Assembly: GCA_903847315.1 (NCBI GenBank)
Contig: CAINDG010000031.1
Coordinates: forward strand, 31,435 to 95,434
Direction: 5' to 3'
DNA: 64,000 nt
DNA from: an uncultured Planctomycetota bacterium
GTDB taxonomy: Bacteria > Planctomycetota > Phycisphaerae > Sedimentisphaerales > UBA12454
Part shown: positions 45,498 through 56,427 of the stretch, one piece after another
Layout of the letters: each line of letters opens with the position of its first letter
Position numbering within the stretch: position 1 is the first letter of the stretch
Made by a program: the position numbers and the translations under genes
The notes under the pieces: generated by a model
What the model saw: the letters and a program-made list of their open reading frames with translations, nothing else
What the model was told of the DNA's origin: nothing
Databases searched by the model: none

Positions 45498-46961
45498 TCA
45501 TCGAAGAGATGAAAAAAGATAACTTAGTACAAATGTTGTTACCGTACCCAACACTATCAGCCAACTCCAGGCAAGATTAATATAACCCAAATGCGATAAA
45601 ATCAGCAGAACTGTCATAGATACGGCGCTGATAATCATTGAGGCGACATTGCCGGCGTTAATTTTTCTTTTTGTAAGCACGCCGAAAAGAAAAACGCCCA
45701 GCGTTGCACCGCCGGTAAGAGAGATTATCTCAAATGCAAACCATAAAATATTTTCTACCGGCTGACAAGCCAGGGCGATTAACGCCAAAATCAAACCGAA
45801 AGTGATTACCCCTATCCGCGAGATAATTAAATAGTGTTTTTCCGCGGCGTTCTTCCTAATGAGCGGCCGATAAATATCCGTAACAAACGATGAACTGAGC
45901 GAACTGAGCGGCGAATCGATACTGGCCAATATTATCGCCGAAAGAATCAATCCTTTTAATCCTGTCGGCAGAAAATTTGCCGTAAAGTAAGATAGAACTT
46001 CTTTGGCCTTGTCCGGCGCCGGTATATCCGGATTTTGCCGGAAGAATACATAAAACAAAGTGCCGATTGCAAGATATGTGCAGAGAATAGGAAGAGCTGC
46101 CGCTATCGTCATAAAAATCGCGTTTTGACTTTTTCTTCTGGTTTTAACGGTAAGCAATCGCTGCATAAGTTCCTGGTCGGTGCCGAAGACAGCTAAACCG
46201 ATGAAAAACGCATTGGTGGTGCCTGCCCAAAAAGTTGTTGGGTCATTTAGATTAAAATCGAATTTGAATATGTTTAATCGTCCTGCCTGGCTCGCTATTT
46301 GCCATGCGGCGGATAAGCCACCGTTGATATGCAAAAAAAGATAAATCAATAATGCTATGCCTGCGGAGAAGAAAACAATCGTTTGATATGCGCCGGCCCA
46401 GACGACGGCTTTTACGCCGCCAAATGCGATAAAAATAATGCTTACAACTGTAAAGACCATCAGCGTTTGCGCAAGATTCCAGCCTAAAATAATCCCGATG
46501 CCCAGACAGGCGGCATATAATCTGACGCCGGACGCTATTAAACGCGTGATAAAGAAAAAAATCGAACCTGCGTATTGAGTCTCGGGCCCAAAACGATGTC
46601 TTAAAAATTCATAAATGCTTGTGCAGTTATATTTATAGAATACGGGTATAAATAAAAACGCCACCAGAATACGTGCCGCCGCTGAGCCGATGAAAAACTG
46701 CAGATATTCCCAATTTTCGCTGTAGGCAATTGCTGGCACGCCGACAATCGTAAGCGCGCTTACTTCGGTTGCGACAAAAGATAGGCAGGCTATAATCGAA
46801 GGGACTTTTCGGCCGCCGAGGAAAAAATCGTTTGTGTCTTTTTCTTTGCGTCCAAAAATATATGAAATGACAAAAAGAAAAGAAACGGCCAGACCGACTA
46901 TTATTAAATCAATTCCGCCAAGATGTCCTGATAAGTATTGTACCGGAGCGACTTCGTTCAT
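45498..46961 (-). CDS. Sodium:solute symporter family transporter
   Basis: 487 aa, about 13 TM segments. Contains FFLGGRKVPS, typical of the SSF family. Overlaps the murQ stop by 4 nt. Confidence 0.8.
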   Translation of the reverse strand: MNEVAPVQYLSGHLGGIDLIIVGLAVSFLFVISYIFGRKEKDTNDFFLGGRKVPSIIACLSFVATEVSALTIVGVPAIAYSENWEYLQFFIGSAAARILVAFLFIPVFYKYNCTSIYEFLRHRFGPETQYAGSIFFFITRLIASGVRLYAACLGIGIILGWNLAQTLMVFTVVSIIFIAFGGVKAVVWAGAYQTIVFFSAGIALLIYLFLHINGGLSAAWQIASQAGRLNIFKFDFNLNDPTTFWAGTTNAFFIGLAVFGTDQELMQRLLTVKTRRKSQNAIFMTIAAALPILCTYLAIGTLFYVFFRQNPDIPAPDKAKEVLSYFTANFLPTGLKGLILSAIILASIDSPLSSLSSSFVTDIYRPLIRKNAAEKHYLIISRIGVITFGLILALIALACQPVENILWFAFEIISLTGGATLGVFLFGVLTKRKINAGNVASMIISAVSMTVLLILSHLGYINLAWSWLIVLGTVTTFVLSYLFSSLR

Positions 46962-47857
46962 TTATCTATGGCCTTTCTCAGAAGTTGTCCGCATTTATCA
47001 AGAATATCTTCAGCCTGTTTTGAATCGACATTACGGAAATGCATTACAATAGCGGTTTTGACTTTTCCGTTTGCTTTTTTCAGCAAACTTGCGGCCTTTG
47101 ATTTTGACAAACCGGTCATTTCTGAAACAATTCTGACTGACCTGTCGCGCAATTTATTATTTGTCGCTTTCAGGTCAACCATCAGATTGCCATAGACTTT
47201 GCCCATTTTAATCATAGCGGTTGTTGTCAGGAGATTAAGCACAAGTTTTGTCGCGGTTCCCGCCTTCATACGGGTCGAGCCGGTAACGACCTCCGGCCCG
47301 ACGACAGGATTTATAACTATTTTTGCAGGAATACCTTTGACCGTCTCCGGTGCGCAGGTGATAAAAATTGTGCCTGCCCCTTTTTTCATTGCTTCTTTTA
47401 ATGCTGCCCTGACAAAAGGCGTCAGGCCGCAGGCCGCAATTCCGACGACTACATCTTTTGTGGAGATTTTGTGTTTTCTTACGGCTTTTATTCCATCGTT
47501 GATTTTGTCTTCAGCGCCTTCGACAGCTCTTACTATCGCTCGTTTCCCGCCTGCGATGATTCCCTGTACCAGCAGGGGGCTTACGCCGAATGTCGGCGGA
47601 CATTCAGAAGCGTCGAGGACGCCGAGCCTGCCGCTTGTGCCGGCCCCGACATAAAATAATCGGCCGTTTTGTTTGAAATGTTTCACTATCATATCGACGG
47701 CAGAGGCGATTTGTTTGCTCTCTTTGCCTACTGCCGATGCTACGAGCATATCTTCAGAATTAATCAGTTTAACTATCTGGAGAGTGGATAGCCGGTCGAT
47801 ATTTTCGCTTCTGCGATTACGTTTTTCTGTGAGCGGAAGTAATTTGTGTTTTTTCAT
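46958..47857 (-). CDS. murQ: N-acetylmuramic acid 6-phosphate etherase
   Basis: SIS-domain motifs RLFYVGAGTSGRLGVLDASECPPTFG and GSTRMKAGTATKLVLN. 299 aa. Confidence 0.9.
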   Translation of the reverse strand: MKKHKLLPLTEKRNRRSENIDRLSTLQIVKLINSEDMLVASAVGKESKQIASAVDMIVKHFKQNGRLFYVGAGTSGRLGVLDASECPPTFGVSPLLVQGIIAGGKRAIVRAVEGAEDKINDGIKAVRKHKISTKDVVVGIAACGLTPFVRAALKEAMKKGAGTIFITCAPETVKGIPAKIVINPVVGPEVVTGSTRMKAGTATKLVLNLLTTTAMIKMGKVYGNLMVDLKATNNKLRDRSVRIVSEMTGLSKSKAASLLKKANGKVKTAIVMHFRNVDSKQAEDILDKCGQLLRKAIDK

Positions 47858-48951
47858 TGTGCAGGTATCACTTTTCCTAAAATTACAGCTTTTTTAGCTC
47901 CGGTGGCACTGGGGACGTTATTTGCGATTCCTTTGATTGTCGCATAAGCCAGTATTGCGAAAGAAACCGCTTCTTTGGCGTCGCTGTTTATGCCGAAATC
48001 GTCGGTAAAAAGTATTTTGCTTTTTATATTCTGCCGAAGCATTTTAACTAATGTTTTGTTTCTCGCTCCGCCTCCGCAGAGGATTATTTCATCTGGCAGT
48101 CTTGGCAAAAATCTTTTATAAGACTGTGCAATACTTATCGCGGTCAAAGCAGTTGCTGTTGCTATAGTATCTTCGTTGGATAATTTTTTATAAAACGCAT
48201 CAGCATATTCTCTGCCGAACATTTCCCGGCCGGTAGTTTTTGGCGGTTTTCTATGAAAATATGGATGTGCCATCATTTCGTTCAGCAGTTTTATATTGAC
48301 TGTACCTTTAGCGGCAATTTTTCCATCCCTGTCGAAATTCTGTTTACCTTTGGTTGCCAGATAAACCAATCTGTCTATTATCATATTTCCCGGCCCTGTA
48401 TCGAAAGCGATAATATCCTTTGGTTTACAGTTCGCCGGAAGGTATGTTACATTGGTGATTCCGCCGATATTCTGAACGGCACGATTTAGTTTTTTATCTT
48501 TGAGTAGAAAATAATCGGCAAAAGGAACTAAAGGCGCACCCTGACCGCCTGCCGCGATGTCTTTCGGTCGAAAGTCCGCGACAGTTGTAATGCCTGTCCT
48601 GTAAGCAATTACAGACGGCTCTCCAATTTGAAGAGTGTTACAGGCAGGCTTATGATAGATAGTCTGTCCGTGTGAGCCGATTAAATCGATTGTCTTTAAA
48701 TTGATTTTATTTTTCTTACAAAGTTTTATGGCCGCATCGGCAAAGACCTCGCCGATTAGAAAATTTAGATTAGATATATCGGCTGGCTGGCAGGTTTTTT
48801 GTTCGCCAAGTTCGAGAATATTTTTGCGCAGTGTTTTAGAATAAGCAAATGTGTCGAATGCAAGCAATCCGACTTTGTTGTTTTTAATGTCAACAACTGC
48901 CGCATCGACGCCATCAGCGCTTGTGCCGGACATTAGACCGACTATTCGCAT
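47854..48951 (-). CDS. anmK: Anhydro-N-acetylmuramic acid kinase
   Basis: N-terminus MRIVGLMSGTSADGVDAAVVDI and size (365 aa) are typical of AnmK. Overlaps murQ by 4 nt. Confidence 0.9.
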   Translation of the reverse strand: MRIVGLMSGTSADGVDAAVVDIKNNKVGLLAFDTFAYSKTLRKNILELGEQKTCQPADISNLNFLIGEVFADAAIKLCKKNKINLKTIDLIGSHGQTIYHKPACNTLQIGEPSVIAYRTGITTVADFRPKDIAAGGQGAPLVPFADYFLLKDKKLNRAVQNIGGITNVTYLPANCKPKDIIAFDTGPGNMIIDRLVYLATKGKQNFDRDGKIAAKGTVNIKLLNEMMAHPYFHRKPPKTTGREMFGREYADAFYKKLSNEDTIATATALTAISIAQSYKRFLPRLPDEIILCGGGARNKTLVKMLRQNIKSKILFTDDFGINSDAKEAVSFAILAYATIKGIANNVPSATGAKKAVILGKVIPAQ

Positions 48952-50720
48952 TTTTTTAATCCTTTGCCAGCCTGTTGAAATAATCGCAAATTATCTTTTA
49001 ATCGTGAAACCTTATTTCGCAATAGCCATAATTTTTTAAAATCTTTTGCAATATTCTGCATTTGTTTATTTATCTGTTGTAATTCTTTTGTTTTTACATT
49101 TTTACCTGTTCTGTTTTTTTTTATCGCAAGCGCCCATCTTGCGGACAGGCAATCCATTCGTGCGGCCAGTTTCAATTCTTCGAAAGCGGTTTTTTCAAAT
49201 TTTCCTATCGATTTCGACAACTTCGGCCAGATAGATTCATCTGAAAATTGCCTGACTATTTTCCGCAAACCCCTGGCATTCATCAAGTCAATTGCGCTAT
49301 CTGACTGATTATTTTTCACAGGTTCAACGAGTGCGAAATACAGCCAGTTTTTGTTCGGCACGTTAGTTCCGCAGGTTATATAAGTGTTGCCCAGCAAACG
49401 AATTACATCGGCTAGTCGCCCAGTGTGTTTGCCGAAAAAGCGGGAGCAGAAATTGTCAGTAAATTTTTTATTATCGACTTTTTTACCGTTCCAACTATGA
49501 GCGGCTCCGTGTGCGAAACTATGAAGACTGACTCCGAGAAGATTGCGATGGCCGTTATCGCCCCAGTCGGTGTTAAGCAGGCCTTCGGCGCCGAATTTTC
49601 GGCCTTGTGCCGCAAAGTTAGTTACATTTGCCATCGAGTTGGGCAGTCGCGAGCCGTGAGTCAGCCAGCCGCTTGTGCCGGGGCAAACCATAAAAGGAAT
49701 TTTTGCTTTTGCTATTTCTTTGGTTCGATAAATATTTTTGCCGTTCTGTTCGTATTCCCAATTGAGCAGGACGATATCTTTCGGTAGTTTGCTCAGCAGT
49801 TCAGGATGCTGCAGCACGATATCTGCCCATACGTTCATTCGTTTACCATACTTTCGGCATAAACGATGAATTTCCAGAAGATAATTCAGATATAATCGAC
49901 CTGTGCCGATACGGTCTGCGAGTTTTCTACTTCGGCCTTTGCCCAGTTCCCACGTTTCATCGCAACAAACGTTGAAATCCTCTGCTTCAAAAAGCGGGAC
50001 AAATTCGCTGTAAAGTTCGCTGATTAGTTTGATTGAGCCGGCATCGGCAGGGCAGAGCGTTGTGCCGCCCGGGAAACCGCGAAAGCCCGACAACTCGCCG
50101 AGATGTTGGTATTTCGGCAAAGAAAGGATTTTTTCAAAATGGCCGAAACTTGCCAATGAGCCAACTAATCTTACGTGATGTAGTTTACAAAAATCCTGAA
50201 GGTCGAGAATCTCATCGGGCGTAAATGGGCTGTAACCTTTGCCGATATCGGGATGTTTTTTAAATGTGAAGACGTTTTCGATGTATAATTGCAGTTCATT
50301 TATCTTCCAGTGAGCCAGATGTGCAACTAAATCTTTTAATGTACTTAATTTCGGCACTTTTCCGCGAGAGCAATCCAGATAGACGCCTCGTCTTTTGAAA
50401 TCCGGCTCGTCTTCTATCAGGCAGACGAGCAGTTTGTTTTCATAAATCGCCGCGAGGTCTTTTAAAGTTTGTATTGCGTAGTATGTTCCGGCATCAGTTG
50501 CCGCAAAAATTTCAACACCCTTGGCCAGGATTTTTATTTTATAGCCTTCATTGTTTTTGATGGTTTTATCGCGATGAGTTTTTGGCTTGGATGAATCGGT
50601 AAGCTGAAAAAAACCTTTTTGAAAGGTTACTTTCTTTACCGGTATCAGTAATTTTTCAAACTGTTTCTCATCCTTGATAGTCATTGGGATTAGTATAACA
50701 TAGTTAACGGCACAAGACAA
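48942..50720 (-). CDS. Glycoside hydrolase family 20-like (beta-N-acetylhexosaminidase-like)
   Basis: IEDEPDFKRRGVYLDCSRGKVPKLSTLKDLVAHLAHWKINELQLY and NVCCDE resemble the GH20 catalytic-domain pattern. Overlaps anmK by 10 nt. Confidence 0.6.
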   Translation of the reverse strand: MSCAVNYVILIPMTIKDEKQFEKLLIPVKKVTFQKGFFQLTDSSKPKTHRDKTIKNNEGYKIKILAKGVEIFAATDAGTYYAIQTLKDLAAIYENKLLVCLIEDEPDFKRRGVYLDCSRGKVPKLSTLKDLVAHLAHWKINELQLYIENVFTFKKHPDIGKGYSPFTPDEILDLQDFCKLHHVRLVGSLASFGHFEKILSLPKYQHLGELSGFRGFPGGTTLCPADAGSIKLISELYSEFVPLFEAEDFNVCCDETWELGKGRSRKLADRIGTGRLYLNYLLEIHRLCRKYGKRMNVWADIVLQHPELLSKLPKDIVLLNWEYEQNGKNIYRTKEIAKAKIPFMVCPGTSGWLTHGSRLPNSMANVTNFAAQGRKFGAEGLLNTDWGDNGHRNLLGVSLHSFAHGAAHSWNGKKVDNKKFTDNFCSRFFGKHTGRLADVIRLLGNTYITCGTNVPNKNWLYFALVEPVKNNQSDSAIDLMNARGLRKIVRQFSDESIWPKLSKSIGKFEKTAFEELKLAARMDCLSARWALAIKKNRTGKNVKTKELQQINKQMQNIAKDFKKLWLLRNKVSRLKDNLRLFQQAGKGLKKCE

Positions 50721-50723
50721 CAG

Positions 50724-52019
50724 CTACTCGTGTCTTAGGGCGATAATGGGGTCGACCTTTGCCGCGTTTATCGCGGGGTACAAGCCGAAGACTATGCCGA
50801 TTCCGATACTGATGAACAAAGGCAGTATAATACTTTGTAATGTTATAACGGTCGGCATTGAAGAAAAATAAGTAATGATAATAGGAATGATAATTCCCAT
50901 TGCAAGTCCTACAATTCCTCCGATAGTCGAAAGCACGACAGTTTCTATAAGAAACTGGACAATAATTTGGCTGCGTTTGGCTCCGATTGCCCTGCGGATT
51001 CCGATTTCACGTGTTCTTTCTGTAACCGAGGCAAGCATAATATTCATAATACCGATGCCGCCGACGAGCAGACTGATACTTGCGATCGAGCCGAGCACAA
51101 TATTGAAGGTTCGCTTGGTGGCTTCGGCTTGTTTTAACAGTGTCAGAGGTACGCTTACTTCGTAGTCTTTTTTCTTATGGAAGTTCTGCAGCATTCTTTC
51201 AATTCCTGCAGCAGTTGATTCTACGTTTTCCGTATTATCAACCTGTACGATAATCTGGTGCAATTCGACTAATTCACGTATGCTGCCGCCGGAAGTTCTT
51301 TTAGTGAATACGTCCCCAAAGTACTTGCGAATAGTGATGAGCGGTATATATGCATCGACTTGCTGGTCGGGTATCTGGATGTTTCCCGCCTGACCAGATT
51401 CGGTTTTAATTATTCCAATAACCTCAAAGGAATCTCCGCCTATTCGAACAATCTGGCCGATGGTATTCTTAGTTGCCAGTAATTTTCTTGCTCCGTATTC
51501 GGTCAGTACCGCCACAGCGGAAAGGTCATCGACATCTTTTTTCTCGAAGACTCTTCCGGCAAGTATCTGTCGCGGCACAAGTTCAAACCATTCGCTTGTA
51601 GTACCGACTATCCTGAGTTCCAGCGTATTTGAGCCGACTCTCGATTCCTTGCGTATCAATTTAGCCGGTGCACTCTTGTGGATACAAGGAAAGCTTTCGT
51701 TTATTCGCTGATAGTCAAGGTAAGTCAAACCGTACATACTCATACGGGAACGTTGTTGGGTAGAGGTCTCTTCTTGGAGGGATTTGATTGAATTAATGAT
51801 TATGTTATTGCTGCCGAGTTTCTGAATCTGCCGCAGGGCTTCCTTGCTGGCGCCTTCTCCCACTGCCAGCATAGCGACGACACTTCCAACGCCAAAAACA
51901 ACTCCAAGCATCGTAAGAAATGAACGGAGCTTATGCAGGAGCAGGTTTTCAATGCCAAGCCATATATTTCTGACAAGTCTTGACTGATGCATAAAATCAG
52001 TTTCCCTCAATTCTTTCAA
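50724..52019 (-). CDS. ABC transporter permease, MacB/FtsX type
   Basis: N-terminal TM, large periplasmic domain, and a C-terminal FtsX-type 3-TM bundle ([16 protein letters not shown]). An alternative start is M10 at 51992. Confidence 0.8.
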   Translation of the reverse strand: MKELRETDFMHQSRLVRNIWLGIENLLLHKLRSFLTMLGVVFGVGSVVAMLAVGEGASKEALRQIQKLGSNNIIINSIKSLQEETSTQQRSRMSMYGLTYLDYQRINESFPCIHKSAPAKLIRKESRVGSNTLELRIVGTTSEWFELVPRQILAGRVFEKKDVDDLSAVAVLTEYGARKLLATKNTIGQIVRIGGDSFEVIGIIKTESGQAGNIQIPDQQVDAYIPLITIRKYFGDVFTKRTSGGSIRELVELHQIIVQVDNTENVESTAAGIERMLQNFHKKKDYEVSVPLTLLKQAEATKRTFNIVLGSIASISLLVGGIGIMNIMLASVTERTREIGIRRAIGAKRSQIIVQFLIETVVLSTIGGIVGLAMGIIIPIIITYFSSMPTVITLQSIILPLFISIGIGIVFGLYPAINAAKVDPIIALRHE

Positions 52020-52677
52020 CTAATCCGTCTTTCATATGTAATCTGTTGCGAGCAAAGGCAGCGATATCAGCCTCATGTGTTACCATAATAATAGTCGTTC
52101 CTTCCTTGTTAAGGCTCGCAAGAAGCTCCATAATCTGGTTTCCGGTATGGCTGTCCAGATTGCCTGTTGGTTCATCGGCCAGAATAATATGCGGCTCGGC
52201 AGCCAAAGCGCGGGCGACAGCTACCCTCTGCATTTGTCCGCCGGAGAGCTCTGCGGGACGATGATTCAATCTTGTTTCAAGCCCGACTTTCTCAGCAAGC
52301 TCCTTTGCTCTTTCAGCGCTTTTGTGCGCATCCCATCCGAGATAATAAAGAGGCAGTTCGATATTTTTTTGAACCGTCAACTGCGGAATCAAGTTAAAAC
52401 TTTGAAAGATAAATCCTATATATCTGAGTCTGATATCGCTTAGCGCATCATCATTTAGTGTGCTTACATCTTTATCTTCGAGAAAGTAACGTCCGGAAGT
52501 AGGGCGGTCAAGGCATCCGAGTATGTTCATCATTGTACTTTTACCTGAACCGCTGGGCCCCATAATAGCCCAGAAACTTCCCTTCTGAAATGCCACACTT
52601 ATACCATCAATGGCCTTTACAGGTTCAGCACCCATTTCATATATTTTGTAAATATTGTTAAATCTTACGATATCCAT
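51997..52677 (-). CDS. ABC transporter ATP-binding protein (MacB/LolD-like)
   Basis: Walker [10 protein letters not shown], signature [15 protein letters not shown], Walker [12 protein letters not shown]. Start taken at MDIVRF (52677); the track ORF starts at 52734. Confidence 0.9.
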   Translation of the reverse strand: MDIVRFNNIYKIYEMGAEPVKAIDGISVAFQKGSFWAIMGPSGSGKSTMMNILGCLDRPTSGRYFLEDKDVSTLNDDALSDIRLRYIGFIFQSFNLIPQLTVQKNIELPLYYLGWDAHKSAERAKELAEKVGLETRLNHRPAELSGGQMQRVAVARALAAEPHIILADEPTGNLDSHTGNQIMELLASLNKEGTTIIMVTHEADIAAFARNRLHMKDGLVERIEGN

Positions 52678-52690
52678 AGTTTTGCACTGC

Positions 52691-54376
52691 TTATTGTTTT
52701 CCTTCTTTCTTGCCCTGACTTTCAGATCCTTCATGTTTTTTTCTGTCGTGCGTTTGATGTGTTTTTTCTTTTATATCCTGCATATTCTGAGATTTGTTAG
52801 TTGATAGTTGATTGGTGTCTGCGGCAGGCAGGTTTGCTTCGAGGTTTTTCAATTTTTCGGAGATTTTCCTATTCAGTTCTTTTTTATTTTCTTCGTTTAG
52901 ACTATTTCGGTTCTCCAAGTCTGCTGCGGCCGATTTTAATGGCGGATTTAACAGGACAATGTCCCCGTCTTTGAGACCTTCTATGATGTGAATTACTTTA
53001 TTGTTATCAAGCCCGATTTTTACTTTTCTGGGCTCAAATGACTTTCCGGATTTTACATAAACATTAAAATCTGTTCCCATTTTTATGACCGTCTGAAGAG
53101 GAACATAGATAGCATCTTTGTATTGCTGAATAATTATTTCAGCCTGGCAGCTCATTCCGGTTCTCAGTGTTGGGTCGTTACCGTCAATATAGATTTCAGT
53201 GGTATAAACTTTCAGGTCCGGGTTCATCCACATACTGCGGGCATCCGGCAGAGGGGCAATGGATTCTACTGTGCCGTAGAAGATAGTTCCTGGTACGGCA
53301 TCAATAGTGATAATTACCGGCATGCCCTTGCTGGTTTTTTTCAGATTTGATTCGTGTATAGTGACTTCAGCTTTAGATGAATTGCCAGTAGGAAGATAGA
53401 TTAACTCCTCTTTTTCCTCAATTTGCGTTCCTTCTGCCAAAGGTTCATTACGCCACCACTCTCCTTTTGCGCTAGTTGCGTATATAGCGAGCCCGTCTGT
53501 TGGGGCATAAATTTTAGTTTTTGAAATCTGGTCTTTCACTTTCGCAAGTTTATCTTTCTGGCGTTCGTATTCGGATTGTTTTGCCTTTAATTGGGCCTGT
53601 GATTGGATTACATCGGCTTTAGCCTTGCGTTCAGTTCGCTCCATTGCCATTTCGGCCTGGTTAACATCGCTTTGGAACTTGGCAAGGTTGCGCTTATAGG
53701 TGTATTCTATAAGCAGGTCTTTGCTTTTGTTGGCTAATTTAACGGCTAATTCTTTTTCATCCTTTGAAAGCTTATCCGCCTCCATTTCTGTTTTTGAGAT
53801 GTAGTTTTGCTCAAAAAGCTTCTCCGACCATTTTAGAGTTTCATCTGCCCTTGTCAATTGTTCCTCGGCGAGTGTAATATCGGCATTTGCCTTATCGAGT
53901 TCGTATGGATGTTCGCCTTTTATATATTTATCAAGGTCCTGCCTTGCGAAATCGAGGGTTAGTTTCGCCAGGTCAACATCGCTTTTTGCCTGATTTTCAA
54001 CGACAGCAAGACTTTCCTTGGCCCCGATATATTCCGCCTCCGTATTCTGGACGGCTATGTCCCTGTCGATTTTCTGGTCTTGCAGAGTACTGGCGTCAAG
54101 TTCGATGAGCAAGTCGCCTTTTTTTACCCGCGTTCCTTCGGGTATAATGGATATGATGGAAGTTTTACCCTCGACTTCATTTTTGATGATGGTTTGTTCT
54201 CTTGCCTTGATGGTGCCTGATTCGACAAAGCTTATAGTCAACGGACCGTGTTTTACCGTGTATGTCGGGCCGGTCAGGTCTGAATTGTCCTTGGTTTTCA
54301 GAAACTGTCCCGACAACAGAATAACTATCGCAACAACGGCGACAGTACTAATCAGGTATATTTTCTTTTTTGACAT
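52691..54376 (-). CDS. Efflux periplasmic adaptor (HlyD/MacA family)
   Basis: N-terminal TM, long coiled-coil hairpin, and beta-barrel C-terminus. Start MSKKKIY at 54376 has GGAG 9 nt upstream. Confidence 0.8.
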   Translation of the reverse strand: MSKKKIYLISTVAVVAIVILLSGQFLKTKDNSDLTGPTYTVKHGPLTISFVESGTIKAREQTIIKNEVEGKTSIISIIPEGTRVKKGDLLIELDASTLQDQKIDRDIAVQNTEAEYIGAKESLAVVENQAKSDVDLAKLTLDFARQDLDKYIKGEHPYELDKANADITLAEEQLTRADETLKWSEKLFEQNYISKTEMEADKLSKDEKELAVKLANKSKDLLIEYTYKRNLAKFQSDVNQAEMAMERTERKAKADVIQSQAQLKAKQSEYERQKDKLAKVKDQISKTKIYAPTDGLAIYATSAKGEWWRNEPLAEGTQIEEKEELIYLPTGNSSKAEVTIHESNLKKTSKGMPVIITIDAVPGTIFYGTVESIAPLPDARSMWMNPDLKVYTTEIYIDGNDPTLRTGMSCQAEIIIQQYKDAIYVPLQTVIKMGTDFNVYVKSGKSFEPRKVKIGLDNNKVIHIIEGLKDGDIVLLNPPLKSAAADLENRNSLNEENKKELNRKISEKLKNLEANLPAADTNQLSTNKSQNMQDIKEKTHQTHDRKKHEGSESQGKKEGKQ

Positions 54377-56282
54377 TTTGATTTTCTCCGGAATAGTACT
54401 CTTTCCACAATCCTTTTTCATCTATTTCCAAAACGCCCATATCACGCTGGATAGCCAATTCTGCAATCCGGTATTTAACAACCGCTGCGGTCAGAGCATT
54501 TTGTGCCGACAAAAGTGCGTCCTGGGCTTCCAGAAGATAACGCAGCTCTACTCTGCCGGCTTCAAGGAGCATATTAACGCTCTTGACCTGTTTATTGGCT
54601 ACAACGACGGCCTGTGCCTGTATATACATACTTTCTCTTGCTTCGAGCAGGTCCCGCAGTGTATTTCTAATATCTGTTTTTATGCTGTCTTCGAGCACTT
54701 GAACATTCCTGACAGCCTGTTCAAGACTGATAAGGCTGTTTCGGTAGTTGATGCTTTCCGCTGTCCTTTCGATTGGAAGGTTAAGAGTAATCAGCGACGA
54801 AAAAATTCCCTCGTTGATTTTAAATCGGGTATCGGGACTCGTAGCGCTGCTGATATTCCGACTTGAGCCGATGCTCTCGGCTTTTCCCAGAAGCGTAAGC
54901 TCCGCTCCTAAAGCATCCGCTGCGACAACAACTTTCCGCTGCGCGTCATAGACTTTCCCGTCTGCTACTTTTAAGTCAAAACGGTTATTAAATGCCAGTT
55001 GTACTGCGTTGGACTCCTGGATTTCATAAGGTCCTGCGTTTTTATAGTCGGGCTCAGTCAATTCGATTAGAGCATTGGCTTCAGTAGTTTCTATGTCGGC
55101 CTGCGGTTTTTTGGCTTCGTCGTTGATTTGGGTAATAATCTGTTTCGTCGGACTGGTTAGCAACTCAAGTTCGTTCGGGTCCAGCTCAATAAATGCGTCC
55201 GGCGGGAGTCCCAGAAATGTCTTAAATGAGTCGAGCCCCTGTTTATATGATTGTGTCGCGGCTATCCATCTCTGGCGTGCGCTCAATTCATTCTGAACAG
55301 CCTGGTCAACTTCGATTTCCTGCATTCTCCCCGCGTCAGCCAGTCTTCTGCTTCTTTTGGCCGAGACTATTCGGCTGCGGTAGTCGGCCTCGCTGTTCTT
55401 GATTGAGTCTAATTGCTGAAGAACTGCCAGATAATTGCTTGCCGTATCTACCGCGAATTGCTTTTTGAATTTTTCAAATTCCCAGATTGCGTAAACAACA
55501 TTTCTTTCAGCCTGTGTTAAAGGTTCAGCGACAATATGGCTGCCGGAACCTCTTAACAGCGGTATTGAAATGCTCGCATCGCCGATAAGTCCCATCGAAG
55601 ATGCTCCGCCCCCTGTGAGCAGGTTTGCGAAGTCGATGGCCAGCGAAGAGCTTACTTCAGCACCGGACTGAAATTTTCTCGTAACGCCCAGACTGCCGCT
55701 GGTTACTGTACCGCTTACCGCTCGTTCGCCTCGCGTATCTGTGCTGAGAAGATTTTGCACCTGCGCGACAAAAATATTTCTGAATGTATTGCGTTCCAGG
55801 TCGAGCGATAATGCCGATTGGAAAACTGTTTCTTTCTGGTTTTGATATTCGAAGCTGTTGCGAGCGCCGATTTGCAGCGCCTGAACGAGCGAAATTTTCA
55901 ATGGCTTATTAACTTCGTTTATTTCAGCAACATTTCCCCCGGTAGTAGCGGCTGGATAATTTTTCTCAGGCCAGTGTTTAATCTTTTTTAACTTATCGCT
56001 GCCTAATGAAGCCGGCCCTGAAGTTTGAAGATTCTGACCTTCAAGAAGCCTCCTTCGCAGGATATCGCTTGGCCTTTCAATGCTGAATGGGCTGGTTTTG
56101 CCAGTTGCCTGAAGCTGCTTTTCGGAAATTATTTTTCCCATTGCCTTGTCAGTATTAGTTCGATACTTTGTCTCACTATTGCATCCGGTTTGTAGAATTA
56201 GAGCGGAGAATAACAAAATTAAAGCGGCGTTTGTACGCTTTAAATGGCTGTATTTTAATAAGTTATAACCGCCTGATACCAT
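54348..56282 (-). CDS. TolC-family outer membrane efflux lipoprotein
   Basis: Likely start at 56282 (MVSGGYNLL...LILQTGC lipobox). Two repeated helical/beta halves as in OEP-family proteins. Confidence 0.7.
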   Translation of the reverse strand: MVSGGYNLLKYSHLKRTNAALILLFSALILQTGCNSETKYRTNTDKAMGKIISEKQLQATGKTSPFSIERPSDILRRRLLEGQNLQTSGPASLGSDKLKKIKHWPEKNYPAATTGGNVAEINEVNKPLKISLVQALQIGARNSFEYQNQKETVFQSALSLDLERNTFRNIFVAQVQNLLSTDTRGERAVSGTVTSGSLGVTRKFQSGAEVSSSLAIDFANLLTGGGASSMGLIGDASISIPLLRGSGSHIVAEPLTQAERNVVYAIWEFEKFKKQFAVDTASNYLAVLQQLDSIKNSEADYRSRIVSAKRSRRLADAGRMQEIEVDQAVQNELSARQRWIAATQSYKQGLDSFKTFLGLPPDAFIELDPNELELLTSPTKQIITQINDEAKKPQADIETTEANALIELTEPDYKNAGPYEIQESNAVQLAFNNRFDLKVADGKVYDAQRKVVVAADALGAELTLLGKAESIGSSRNISSATSPDTRFKINEGIFSSLITLNLPIERTAESINYRNSLISLEQAVRNVQVLEDSIKTDIRNTLRDLLEARESMYIQAQAVVVANKQVKSVNMLLEAGRVELRYLLEAQDALLSAQNALTAAVVKYRIAELAIQRDMGVLEIDEKGLWKEYYSGENQNVKKENIPD

Positions 56283-56427
56283 TCTTCTTCCATACATATA
56301 GAGACTCAGCCTGCTATTATACCATCGTAATAGTAGTGAACAAAGAGGTAGGCTGGGTAACATAGAAAATCTGGTTATTTCTATGTATTTTCAGAATAAT
56401 AAGCTGTTTTTATCGGAACTGAGGCGA

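Noticed and set aside
54018-54866. 282-aa + strand ORF spanning the HlyD/TolC junction
   Set aside because: Antisense shadow of two well-supported efflux genes, with no motifs.
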